Source: Takakia lepidozioides
Taxonomy: Eukaryota > Plantae > Bryophyta
Direction of reading: 5' to 3'
NCBI GenBank assembly: GCA_030704615.1
Contig: CM060732.1
Span: forward strand, 54,374,001 to 54,438,000
Length of the DNA stretch: 64,000 nt
Shown here: positions 37,401-47,870 of the stretch, in pieces
Layout of the letters: each line of letters starts with the position of its first letter
How positions within the stretch are numbered: the stretch's first letter is position 1
Translations under genes and position numbers: made by a program
Notes under the pieces: generated by a model
Databases searched by the model: none
The model's input: only the letters and a program-made list of their open reading frames with translations
Told to the model about the DNA's origin: nothing

Positions 37401-40400
37401 GCCTTGTGGCCATTGACCCATGGGGCAGAAATAGAGTCAGGAACAGAGGAGATAGAGAGAGAATGTGGGCGGGGGTGGATGAGTGCACTAGCAGATAAGG
37501 GCCTTTTGGTCTTGCTCAGTGTTCTAAATGGACTTGTTCTTCTGGTAGACAATCAGATAGCCTTTCTAATGCTTAAGAATCTGGCTTAGGAGGTCCAATT
37601 TCTTGTGTATTGTCTCCAGTAGGACAAAAGGTCTTCCTAGTTAGGAAAGGTTCAACTGGTCATACCATAGAACTGCAGCAGAATATTTTCCATGTACAAG
37701 TATGAACATTGTGTCGCCGGTAATGAGAGAATTGTACCACAGAATTCTGGTGGCTCAAGAGCTGGTTGTTGTCAACAGATCCGATGCAATGGACAAAAGT
37801 TGGGTTTGAAGCACTTTCGACCAATCAAGCCTCTCGGATGTGGGGATACAGGAAGGTACTTTTCCCCTGCCTCTGTATGGTCTTTAGTTCGCAGATGTAC
37901 TACATTGTGTTCCTCTTTTGCTTTCCAGATAGATGGCTTAGCATACTTAATCAGGCTAGGGATCTCCCAGCTTACACAACAGAAATCACTTCATTTCTCG
38001 TGTTCCTGTCATGAGAGTAGGAGGAAATGGGACCACCTCTTGTAGGAAAGTTCAAGTCCGTTTCAAGACCAGAAGTTCTTGGCAGCTTCACCTTCAGGAC
38101 GCACTGTCTTTTTCCTTGTTTCTAGCTATTTCTGATTAGTTCCTTTTTATGGTCCAGAATCAGAAATGCTTGGCTGCTTACCTTCAGGTGTCACTTTTCT
38201 CTAGTTCTTTCTTGTCTTTCCTGTGTTACACCCCAGAAGATTTCTTGTCTCCTTGAGGTGGTCATAACATTCTCTTTGTTACTTGAGACTAAATGTAGTG
38301 GCCTTCTGGGGGCTATGTTGTGGCACTGCAGTGTGCATCTGGTGGAGCTACGAGGGACAGGCGAAGTGTATGCCATGAAAGCCATGGATAAAAATGTGAT
38401 GTTGAATCGAAACAAGGTGTGTGTTTTTTTTCCCAAGGTCTTTCAACCTTCTTGTTTCATAGACTGATACAGTAGGTACCCTTTTTCCTCAAAATACAAT
38501 GATACAGGTAGGGATGTGTTTCGTACTTTAACTCGATCCTCTTTGCGCTGAGCCCTTACTTTCTCCCTAATCCATGGGAAACAGAAAGAGAAAAAAATGT
38601 AGTACTGATGCAAGCAGTTAATGACAGAAGAATGGTTTCACCAAGCCAGAATCATTGATAAATGAAAGCTGCCTTTTCTGTACACTTTCTTTGGCCATAT
38701 CTATTCCCATTTGCAGGCCTTACGCAGTTAAGCAGATCTTATCTGATATATATATCCCTTCAACGTAAGTCATGGAAACTATATCGGACGGCTTTTAAGT
38801 GGATGGAGGTGTGGTGGAGCAGGTCCACAGGGCCTGTGCAGAGAGGGATATTTTGGCATTGATGGATCACCCATTTTTGCCCACTCTTTATGGTTCTTTC
38901 CAGGTGCTTTTTCTTTTCCTTGTATACACTCCACTTCTTTAAGGGCTCTTCAACTTGTTGGCTTTACACTTCAATGTTTGGAACTAGTCTTACATCTGAT
39001 GAATTGGTACATTGATAGAAGATCTGGGGGTGGCAACCAGTAAGCACTTGGTAATTTTAGACCAAACAAGTAACACAGCTCAAATACATACATGCAGTAT
39101 AGGTGGTGGAGCAACATGTCAGATCGTGTCTGTGATATCTGTACACCGTAGGTCTGCTATAGTAATGGACACACGGTGAGGGAAGATTCTAGGCGACAAA
39201 TGGGAGCCACTACCACCACTGAAGCTCGGATATGTTGTGGTATGTAGTGGCTTAAGTAATGCTTAAGAAGGGTTGTGTGCGAGAGAGAGAGTGAGATGCT
39301 GACATGAAGACATCAAAAGGTCACTCATTTCAAATTTCACATGCGGGACATGCAGACACAAACGCATGTGTGCTTAATTACAGATTTTTGTCCGGGCGGC
39401 GAGTTGTTTTTGCTTCTTGAAAGGCAACCTCGAAAAGTCTTTTCAGAAGAGGCAGCTCGGTACGGCCCCCTACTTCCTATCTTGGTTCTGTTTATAGACT
39501 TTCAATTACAAACTTATGTGTTATGTGACTCCTTAGTGCTATTTGTGTGCGCTCTTTTTCACTCTCGTGTTTTTCTGGTCCTCTGAGGATTATATAGGAC
39601 TGCTTTGTATTCCCAAAGGGGGGCTCCAACTGGGCATCCAAGGAGAGGTTGCCTGTATCAGTCCTGTGTGCTAGGATAGTCTTTCCATCTTCAATATCCC
39701 AGCAGCCTTCAAGCCTAGCACCTGCCACCATTTCTTACACTGCAGCACAGACCTTGGACCGGACATTTTTCCTGAATTATGTCGTCCATGGTTTCCACTT
39801 CCATTTTATATCAAATGCAAACATATTCTGCAGGTTTTTTGCAGCTGAGGTTGTCATTGCGCTCGAATATTTGCATTGTTTGGGTGCGTACTTACCCTCT
39901 TCTTGATTCAACTCTGAGATTAGAATGTGAGTCCAGAATTGAGGTCCTGTACTTCCAGCAGGTTTCCAACTCTTTCTGACTCGCGAAGTGTAAATTTGCA
40001 TGTCCTTCGTCAAGGGAAGAAGAACTAACTTGTTTCCTGTGAGATTCGTGACATATGAGTGTTAGAAGTCATCTGCAAGTGTAGAGATGCCACGTCTGGG
40101 TAACTGAGTGGCAACTCTTATTTGTTGGAACACATCACTTGAGTGGGATGGGACACATTTGCACAATGGTTGAATGTGTGCTTAAGCCTCATGTGTCCCA
40201 CCACCTCAGCCCAAGTAACCACGAATATAGTAGAAGTATATGGCAGATTTGGATTTCGAAAGTTGCATATCTAGAGATAATAGCCGATCCACATGCTCAA
40301 AATCTGCCTTTGGAAGGGATCAACAGAGAGGATGGGAAGGGGGAAACACGTACATGAATATTTGATGCTGAGAGGAACTGGGAATGCAGGGGTTGTATAC

Positions 40401-43059
40401 AGAGACTTGAAGCCAGAAAATGTGCTGCTTCAGGCGAACGGACATGTGCAACTTACTGATTTCGACTTGTCCTTTTTGACTTCCTCCAGACCTCAGGTTT
40501 GCCAAGTCTCCTACTTTCTGTGTCTTTCTGAGCAACTTGATACCTGGATATCTCGGGTGCTGCATGGACAAACATTAAGTAATGGAGTGCCAGTTGTGCA
40601 GACAAGAAATGAACTCACCCTCCAATTATGCCAACATGTAAATGGATGTACATGGGACAATGGTATCAACTAATGCAATTCAATATGTAAGTAGTCATTA
40701 TTGAGCAACCTAAATTCAAGGCTCACAAAGCATGTGTGTGCATGCATGTGAATCATTTTCAACAAGATATTTGTGATGACATTGTCGTAAGGATGACCAT
40801 GACTAAAGTTTCTGTATCAATTGATGCCATGTGTGTTCCATGCGGATCTATATCCAAACTGTATATCCGACCATTACCTGACATGTATATATCCGACTCT
40901 ATATCCGACTACTACCTGATGCGTAAATATCCAACTTTATATCCGATTATCCGACTGGTATATCTGACTCTATGTCTGCTCAATATACAAGCATTTTTTT
41001 GGACACGCAGTGTCTGATTTTGAAGGGAGTTACTGCCTGGACCCACTGCATTCTCTGTGTTTCTTCTATTCACCAATTAGTACAACCCCGGAGGGAGAGA
41101 TCAAAAGAGAGATGGCTGATGGTAATGAGGAAAGGATGAATGTGCAGCTGGTCACTCCGGACCCACCAGTTGGGCGCCGTAAGAAATCCAAGCAGCCGCA
41201 GCTCCCCTTCTTTGTTGCAGAGCCAGCCACACCCTCCAATTCCTTTGTTGGGACCGAGGAGTACATTGCCCCTGTATGTTCTGGCCCACCTCCTTGGCTG
41301 TTTTCTTTTCCTTCCTTTCTGGCAGTGTTACATATGTGTAAGAAAGTTTCTGGATACCTGGATAGGTGCGACAGATCTTTTACCGGAGACTGACCACCTG
41401 CAATGGTGTTTCATCTTCCTGGATGATGTCAGACAGGCCCTGCCAACTAGGTACATGGACAGATGGTGGTGTATGCGAGTCATAAGAGACAGCTTTCCTT
41501 CTAATGAATCCTTTGTATGGGCATTTTTTTTAGGGGAGAAAGAGCCTTCAAGTTGGCATTTTAGTTTATCCAAATGAATAGTTGTGAGTGTTCAATGAAT
41601 GTCAAAATGTCATGGTGGCATTCTTATGATGTGTCGGTTCATTTTTTAACATGTCGATGATGGATTTGATGGATATGACGGGTGTGGGTTTGCAGGAAAT
41701 TATCACCGGGCAAGGGCACAGCAGTGCTGTGGATTGGTGGGCTCTTGGTAGGTTGATTGAAGTAGAATGTTCTGTTGGGTCTAGGCGAGAAAACCTGTCC
41801 GATACTTTTACAACACCAGACATTTAGTGTAGTTTAACTCCTCAAGATGAATTTGTGCTTGGTTCCTTGCTCAGTGGCTGATAGAAGGCCAGTTCTTGTG
41901 TTTGTGTTCCGAATAATTTGTGTTCTTGTTCTTTGTTTTTGTATACGACTCTATCATTGCCATCCTCCTTAGCTTTGTTTGCTGATTATTGCAGGTTCAC
42001 TGTGAAGACTAGTTCCAGAAACCCTTGCGGCAGAAATATTTACTAGTGAAAGTGCCTAATTTAAATAGTACAGTACGTACTGTTATCCTAATTTGTGCTC
42101 AAGGGACATTCGTCTTATGTTCTCCTTGAATAACTTCTGTGTGGGTCGTACCATCTTTGTAACTGTGGCAGGAATATTGATATATGAGATGCTATTTGGG
42201 CGCACTCCGTTTCGGGGGCGCAACAGGCAAAAAACATTTGCGAATGTGCTCAACAAAGATATAGTTTTCCCTGCAAGCATCCCTGTAAGTAGAGTCTATT
42301 TTTCCAATTTCTGATTAGGAACGATTGATCATTAGACCGATCAGACACACTTGTGAGACTCGTAGGGTGCCTCAAAGATATTTGCTATTGTACCAGGGGT
42401 GGTAAGTAATGTAGATCTTTGTTTCAAGCCTTTCAGTCTAAGCTGAAGAAGTGCCAGTAACAGCTTTCAAAGTGCTGCGTATGCCCCTCAAGGTGTGTTG
42501 TCAGATGTTTGGTAAGTAGACTGTGTATACCTTGTAACCATGGGCATTGGCAGCCATATTGTGTGTCCATACACTGGCACAAAAGTGCATGCGGGCAAAT
42601 CAGGTTTGACTCAGAAGCGTTATGTATGGGATACTGTGCAGGTAAGTTTAGCAGCAAGGCAATTGATGCGATCTCTCTTGCAAAGGGACCCAAACAAGAG
42701 GCTGGGGTCAAACCGCGGTTCCAATGATTTGAAAACCCATCCCTTTTTTCGTGGCATCAATTGGCCACTCATCCGTTGCATGGTTTGCCATCTGTTCCCC
42801 TTTACTGTACTTCTGTTTGCTTTCGTACTTTTAATGTTCTTCTGTTTTCCCCCTTTAAGGTAGTCTGGTAATTCAGGCTTCATTCCCCCTATATGAAGTT
42901 CAGGGTTGAAAAGTAGTGTTTGTGTGACAGATGCCTCCACCCCTAGAGACTCCGTTGTACCTCACTACCAGAGAACCAGAAAGTGGCACCAGAGGACCAG
43001 AAGAACTGGACTGGGATGAGTTTGAAGCAGCCTCCACTTTCACTTCGGATGTGTTTTAG
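31490..43059 (+). CDS. PHOT: Phototropin blue-light receptor kinase (LOV1-LOV2-Jalpha-AGCVIII kinase), about 1086 aa, 23 coding exons
   Basis: Exons 31490-31969, 32259-32713, 33365-33547, 33805-33896, 34310-34625, 34863-35049, 35256-35326, 35609-35715, 36218-36267, 36487-36591, 36966-37025, 37245-37334, 37779-37855, 38332-38416, 38823-38903, 39356-39459, 39834-39883, 40390-40496, 41148-41273, 41696-41747, 42172-42284, 42642-42782, 42931-43059; 3261 nt in frame, all introns GT-AG. Motifs: [11 protein letters not shown], two [38 protein letters not shown] and [14 protein letters not shown]. Confidence 0.97.
36815..36859. mobile_element. 45-bp mini-insertion with a 16-bp TSD in PHOT coding intron 10
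   Basis: TSD attgaat(a/g)tccataga at 36799-36814 and 36860-36875. Confidence 0.8.
37373..37419. mobile_element. 47-bp mini-insertion with a 16-bp TSD in PHOT coding intron 12
   Basis: TSD atg(c/g)ggcagaaataga at 37357-37372 and 37420-37435. Same ends as 36815-36859. Confidence 0.8.
40848..40980. repeat. Degenerate tatatccgac array in PHOT intron 18
   Basis: About eight imperfect tat(a)tcc(g/a)a(c/t) units. Confidence 0.75.
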
Positions 43060-45489
43060 AATGTAAGTGAACTTCCCCTCCCTACATCTATTTTCATTCC
43101 AGCTACCTGCTACAATGGGTGGAAACTGCTATGAAATAATAGTTGCAATATGTGAAATTTATGTGCTATGGTGTTCATATTTCTTGCGCTGACCATTTGA
43201 TGGACAGGTTCTGCATGTTAGCAGGTTTGCATTGCGAGGGTGGTTGAACGAGTGCAACATGGGCCACTCAGTTTTGCAGTCTGCCTAGACTAATCCATTC
43301 CCCTTTCAACCTCTAGTATCCTACTTTAACACAAGGATATCTGGAACCAAGTGGGATTAGCCTCAGTTGAACCCCTGTTGGAAAGGTGGCCAGGCACATT
43401 TCAACCAAATTCCTGCAAATTCCTGCAAATATCCTGTCTAGTCTGGAATATGTGTCTCACTGTCAAAGCCCGGTCACCTTCGAAGACTGATTGAATGACA
43501 CCTCTAGAATGCCAAGTCGTTCTGATCCAGTCTGAGATTACCGCACAATCTCAGGGAAAGCCTTCTTGTGAAATTATACTGGTCTTCGTATAGTACCAGT
43601 GTTCCCTCTAGCAATTTTCCCGCTCGATATCCAATACGTGGGTTACAAAGAGGCCTCTTGAGGCAGGTACACTATGAAGCGTCTGTATTTCTCTCCTATT
43701 CGTGCTCCCGTATCATCTAAGTCTATCATACATGAAGAGAACAAGAGAGGAGGTTTTCTAGTCTGATTAATAGCCTTGTGGTTGTGGACTGCAATGACTG
43801 AAACAGAGGTCCTGGCCTGACTGTCATTATTAGCTTTGCCTTCAGCAGGGTAAGAAATTAGGTGCACTTTGGAAAACACCTTCTTCATGATACAACAACA
43901 CCCCACAAGACGATGAGACTGAGGCATATATAGACTATTGTACCTGGTAAGGTACTGCCGGATTGCAGGGGTCAAGATCTATGTTGGTTCTGTAAGGGAT
44001 GGCTCATATGCCGATGATTGTGCATTCTGCGTACAGTTGACCTCGAGTTTTAGCTTTGGTTGCTCCTGATTGTACCTATTGTGCAGTTAGAATTTGGTCG
44101 GAATCCCTCTATCCATTCCTTTGTATCTCCACCTGACACTATTTGGTTATTGTATTTTTAGCTTAAGGCAACTGATTGTAACTGATGCCCAAACATTGTG
44201 GGTTTGCCAGTGAGAATTGATGAGAGGCTAGCTGAGGAGGGGCCTTGCTTCACTGTATATCATCATGGTCCAGTCTGTGTTAACCTTTGGCCGCCAAAAC
44301 ACTTGTGATCTTGTTGTTTATATCCATTGTGTTTCTTTGTAACTGTTGCACCCCAAAAGGCATAACTTCTCTCCATGTTGGACCTTGTGGATGACATGAT
44401 AGCCCTGTATTATTCGTATAGTTTCTGTGCTTTTTCTCATGGCCAATTACATGCTATATAATTAACGATGTATTGGTTCCTCCTTGTGCGAGAAGAGGGG
44501 GTATCAATGTCAAAACCAGATTGATCCTGTTGTATGTTCCCCAAGTAACACCTCCTTGGATGTAAGAAATAAATGGATGAATGTATGACCATGGAAGGGG
44601 TGTAATTTTACACGGTGGAATTGGAAGTTGTGAAGGCGTATTCTCGCTCACTAGAGATTCGCCTTCCTCTGGAGTCAAGCTAGATTAGCAGTGTGCATGC
44701 TAGGTAGAGAAGACAAAATAGAGGACTTCAGATGTTGGCCCAGAGACTATTCTGACTCCTCATCATCTATCTCTCCGAACCCTCTTCGCACATCATCCAT
44801 CTACTCCCAAGTACATCAGTTTAACAAACCTAAACTGCGCCCCGGAGCTCAAGCTCCCATGTGTAAATAGATAGTGTTTCTCCATATAGATCAGCGACGT
44901 GGCTTCCGTGCACAGTATGCCCATATTTCATCCAGGTGCTGTGACAGCAAGGCCACCACCTAAGCTAATCCACAACTGATCTAAACTGTTGATGTGAGAC
45001 AAACCTTTTAGCTTAATTATAGGCATACCAACTAGCAACTGTTGTCTTCATCCTAACAGTAACATGATCATTCATCAATGAGGAATAAAGCAGCTCAAGG
45101 AATCTGGAGCATCACAAAGTGCATAATAATATCAGTGTTTCAATTAACCCTTAATTCTGGCAAGCCCGTTTTGGACATTTTAACAATTTTGGGTGCCCAG
45201 CTCAGTAAATTGCCCACAAATCATCCACAGATTCCAGCCGTATAGAAGGGGGCCCAGCTCATTTGTGCACGACATATCCAAAACTGAGCCACTTCCACAG
45301 TGGTCTGGACCTCAAATTTCAGGTCCCAAAGGAAAAGTGGGAAAAAATTTGTGAACGAAATAAAAGAAAAGAATGAATCAGTATTAGAGCAGATTTGCCC
45401 AAAAAAACAATTCCAGACAGCTTACAAAATGACCATGATGACGTGGCTGAAGAAAGGACAAAAGGCAAATCGCACTTCTTGCATTTTTA

Positions 45490-46680
45490 GATCCTTATTT
45501 AAGGAGGACTGTTTCTCCTATGAAGGTTAAGAAATATGCGGAGGATGGATATATTGGAAGACATACGGGCTTACCAGTTTATTGCATAGTTGAGGTGGAG
45601 AATGAGCTGGGCTCAACTAGTACTGATAAATTTTTCCAGGGCCAGAGTTACTATGAAAACTTTTGTGATGGTGCTCGATCCAGCGTCACAGATTCGGCTA
45701 ATTTTGCATCATGCAATTGTCCGGCGTTCCTAGTAGAACTTCGAGGTCCACACATGAGAATTAGTGCGCTGGCCTACCTCGACCGAGTACATGCGGACAT
45801 GCTCACTGATTTGGTCAATCTGTCCTCTTCAAGTGAAAGCTTGGCCAATATGCTGGGCATAGACAGTTTGGAGTCGTTCTATGAACAGTTGACGGTGGGG
45901 ACTTCTCCACGGCTAGAATGGTTGATTATGGTGGCCCCTTACCCGATTTGGTACAAGCCAATATGACTATCAAATCTAAACTCGATGAGTCGCAGAAACT
46001 AAGGATGATAAGAAGCGAGAACTGGTTATTAAATTCTGCAGAGATATGGCATGAAGGTGTGTGAGAATCTTTCTTTGCTTAAGTTTAGCAATTGTTACTG
46101 TTATCTTGAAAGACCATACAACTAATACCCTTGGTTTTCCAATAAATTCTTGCAGGTCGTTTATCAAGGCTCTCTCACTTGGTCTCACTAGGTTTTGCTT
46201 GAATTTGATTTTTCCAGGTGCACCAAGCGTGGTACCACGCAGGCTTTCCACCAGAACTACTGGATGTAAAAGAACTGTCGGGGGGTTTCAAAATGATTGC
46301 AATGGAATACTTGAGGCCTCCATGGCAAACACTCGTATCGTTGGAACAACTCGAGACCAAGATAAGAGGTCGTTTGGCTGTTAGAGAGGCATTGGAAAAA
46401 GTTCACAGGTTACGTGTGTTCGATTTACCAAATGCAGGATCTGTCCACGGGGATGTGCGGGACCCGAACATCATGGTGAGACCTCATGGCGAGGGTTTCG
46501 GCGTCAAATTTGTTGACTTCGACTGGGCTGGCCAGGAGTATGTGTGGACGTATCACCAAATATGAATCATGAAATTATTGTTTGGCCCGATGGCGTAGCT
46601 GCAAGGAAGCCCATGCTGCAGAGACACAACATTGAGCTCCTTGATTCAAACCATACAAAAGTATCAAACTATAATTGGAG
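45490..46680 (+). pseudogene. Decayed PD-(D/E)xK-like domain plus atypical protein kinase (Crinkler/CR effector-like REase+kinase architecture)
   Basis: EDG...IVEVENELG...FFQGQSYY...CPAFLVELRGP, then LVIKF, RYG, a GT-AG intron at 46057-46217, MIAMEYL, VHGDVRDPNIMV, FVDFDWAG and a frameshifted PNMNHEIIVWPDGV. Several stops and frameshifts are present. The family assignment is from recalled motif patterns. Confidence 0.65.
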
Positions 46681-46989
46681 GAGAGGTCTTTAAAGAATCC
46701 TATGTAGAATCCTCGTCTTTCCTTGGCAGAACTAAAGAGAAGCAGTTTTCTCTTGTCTCGAAGAAGCATATCGATATGGACTTAATTTAGTAGCTCGAAA
46801 AGATAATTAAGTAGCTCGATTGTTCCAGATACTTATGTTCTCTACTCTGTATTGCAAATCACATCAATCTTTTATCATGTTGAGTGGAACATTTTTAATT
46901 TCATGGATTGAAGTATGTTGCTTTGAGATTCGGAAGTAGGGGCTTTTAGAGGTTGGCTATATCTGTTTCATGCAACAAATAATCAACTT

Positions 46990-47870
46990 TAGATTTTGGA
47001 TTGGTTTACTGCGATCATCCCTCAACATTCAAGAAAAAAAATGAACTTATCGCGACACCTTGCTTGAAAGTAGGATGGTATAACAGCATTCCATCACCTA
47101 CTTTGTGGCCCATTCGAGGTTTCACGCAAGTTGTCAAATTAGTTCGGCAACGTAAACAGAAGCATGATGTGCTCCTTGTCGTAGATTTTGCATCTTTGTC
47201 TCTGCCACTCTTTCCCTATCATTCTTTCCGAATGTTTCAATGAACTCTGACATGAACAAAATTGTTTAGTAAGCGCAATTTTTTTTCCAGTAGAGATGCG
47301 AACCAAGATATAGCAATAGAAGGGTCTCCATGAATCCAACTTGAATACTTTCATTGGGATAAACGACGTTGTGGATGTAGTTGTAGGAACAATAGTACTT
47401 GTTAAACGAATCCGCGAAACTTTGATCTCGTCCCATCAAATTTCTCGGGCATGCTGATATTTGGTTCTTTCGTAATCTGTTGATGATGCGTAGAAATCGT
47501 TGCAGTAGTAACTTGTATTGATGAAGATCCATTATTTCACTCTTTTAACTCTCAAACTTATTGTTGCAAATTGTTTAATGCGTTACTAAGATCTTGATAT
47601 TGATTGGCTTGTAGTTGGACTATAGAGCTATAAAGTTTTTACATCTGGAGCTGAAGATTCTGCAAGGTAGCGACAACTTCTGCAAATGTGCCTTCCATCT
47701 TGATTAACTGGGAGACGATTTAGTCTCGCCAAACTATCAAGGACAAAAGATTAATCGACTCGAATACGATGAACAAAATTAGAGTGGTCAATGAGACCAA
47801 CGTGGTCCGAGCAAGACATGATGCATAAGTAAGAATCGAAGTTAAACTTTATAGAATATGAGAGTACATG
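46990..47870 (-). mobile_element. Older fragment of the same chromovirus family: partial 5' LTR, PBS and decayed gag
   Basis: 47545-47745 aligns with 23495-23695 (MEGTFAEVVATLQ...). Gag continues as EPNISMPEKFDGTRSKFRGF with stops. Confidence 0.85.
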
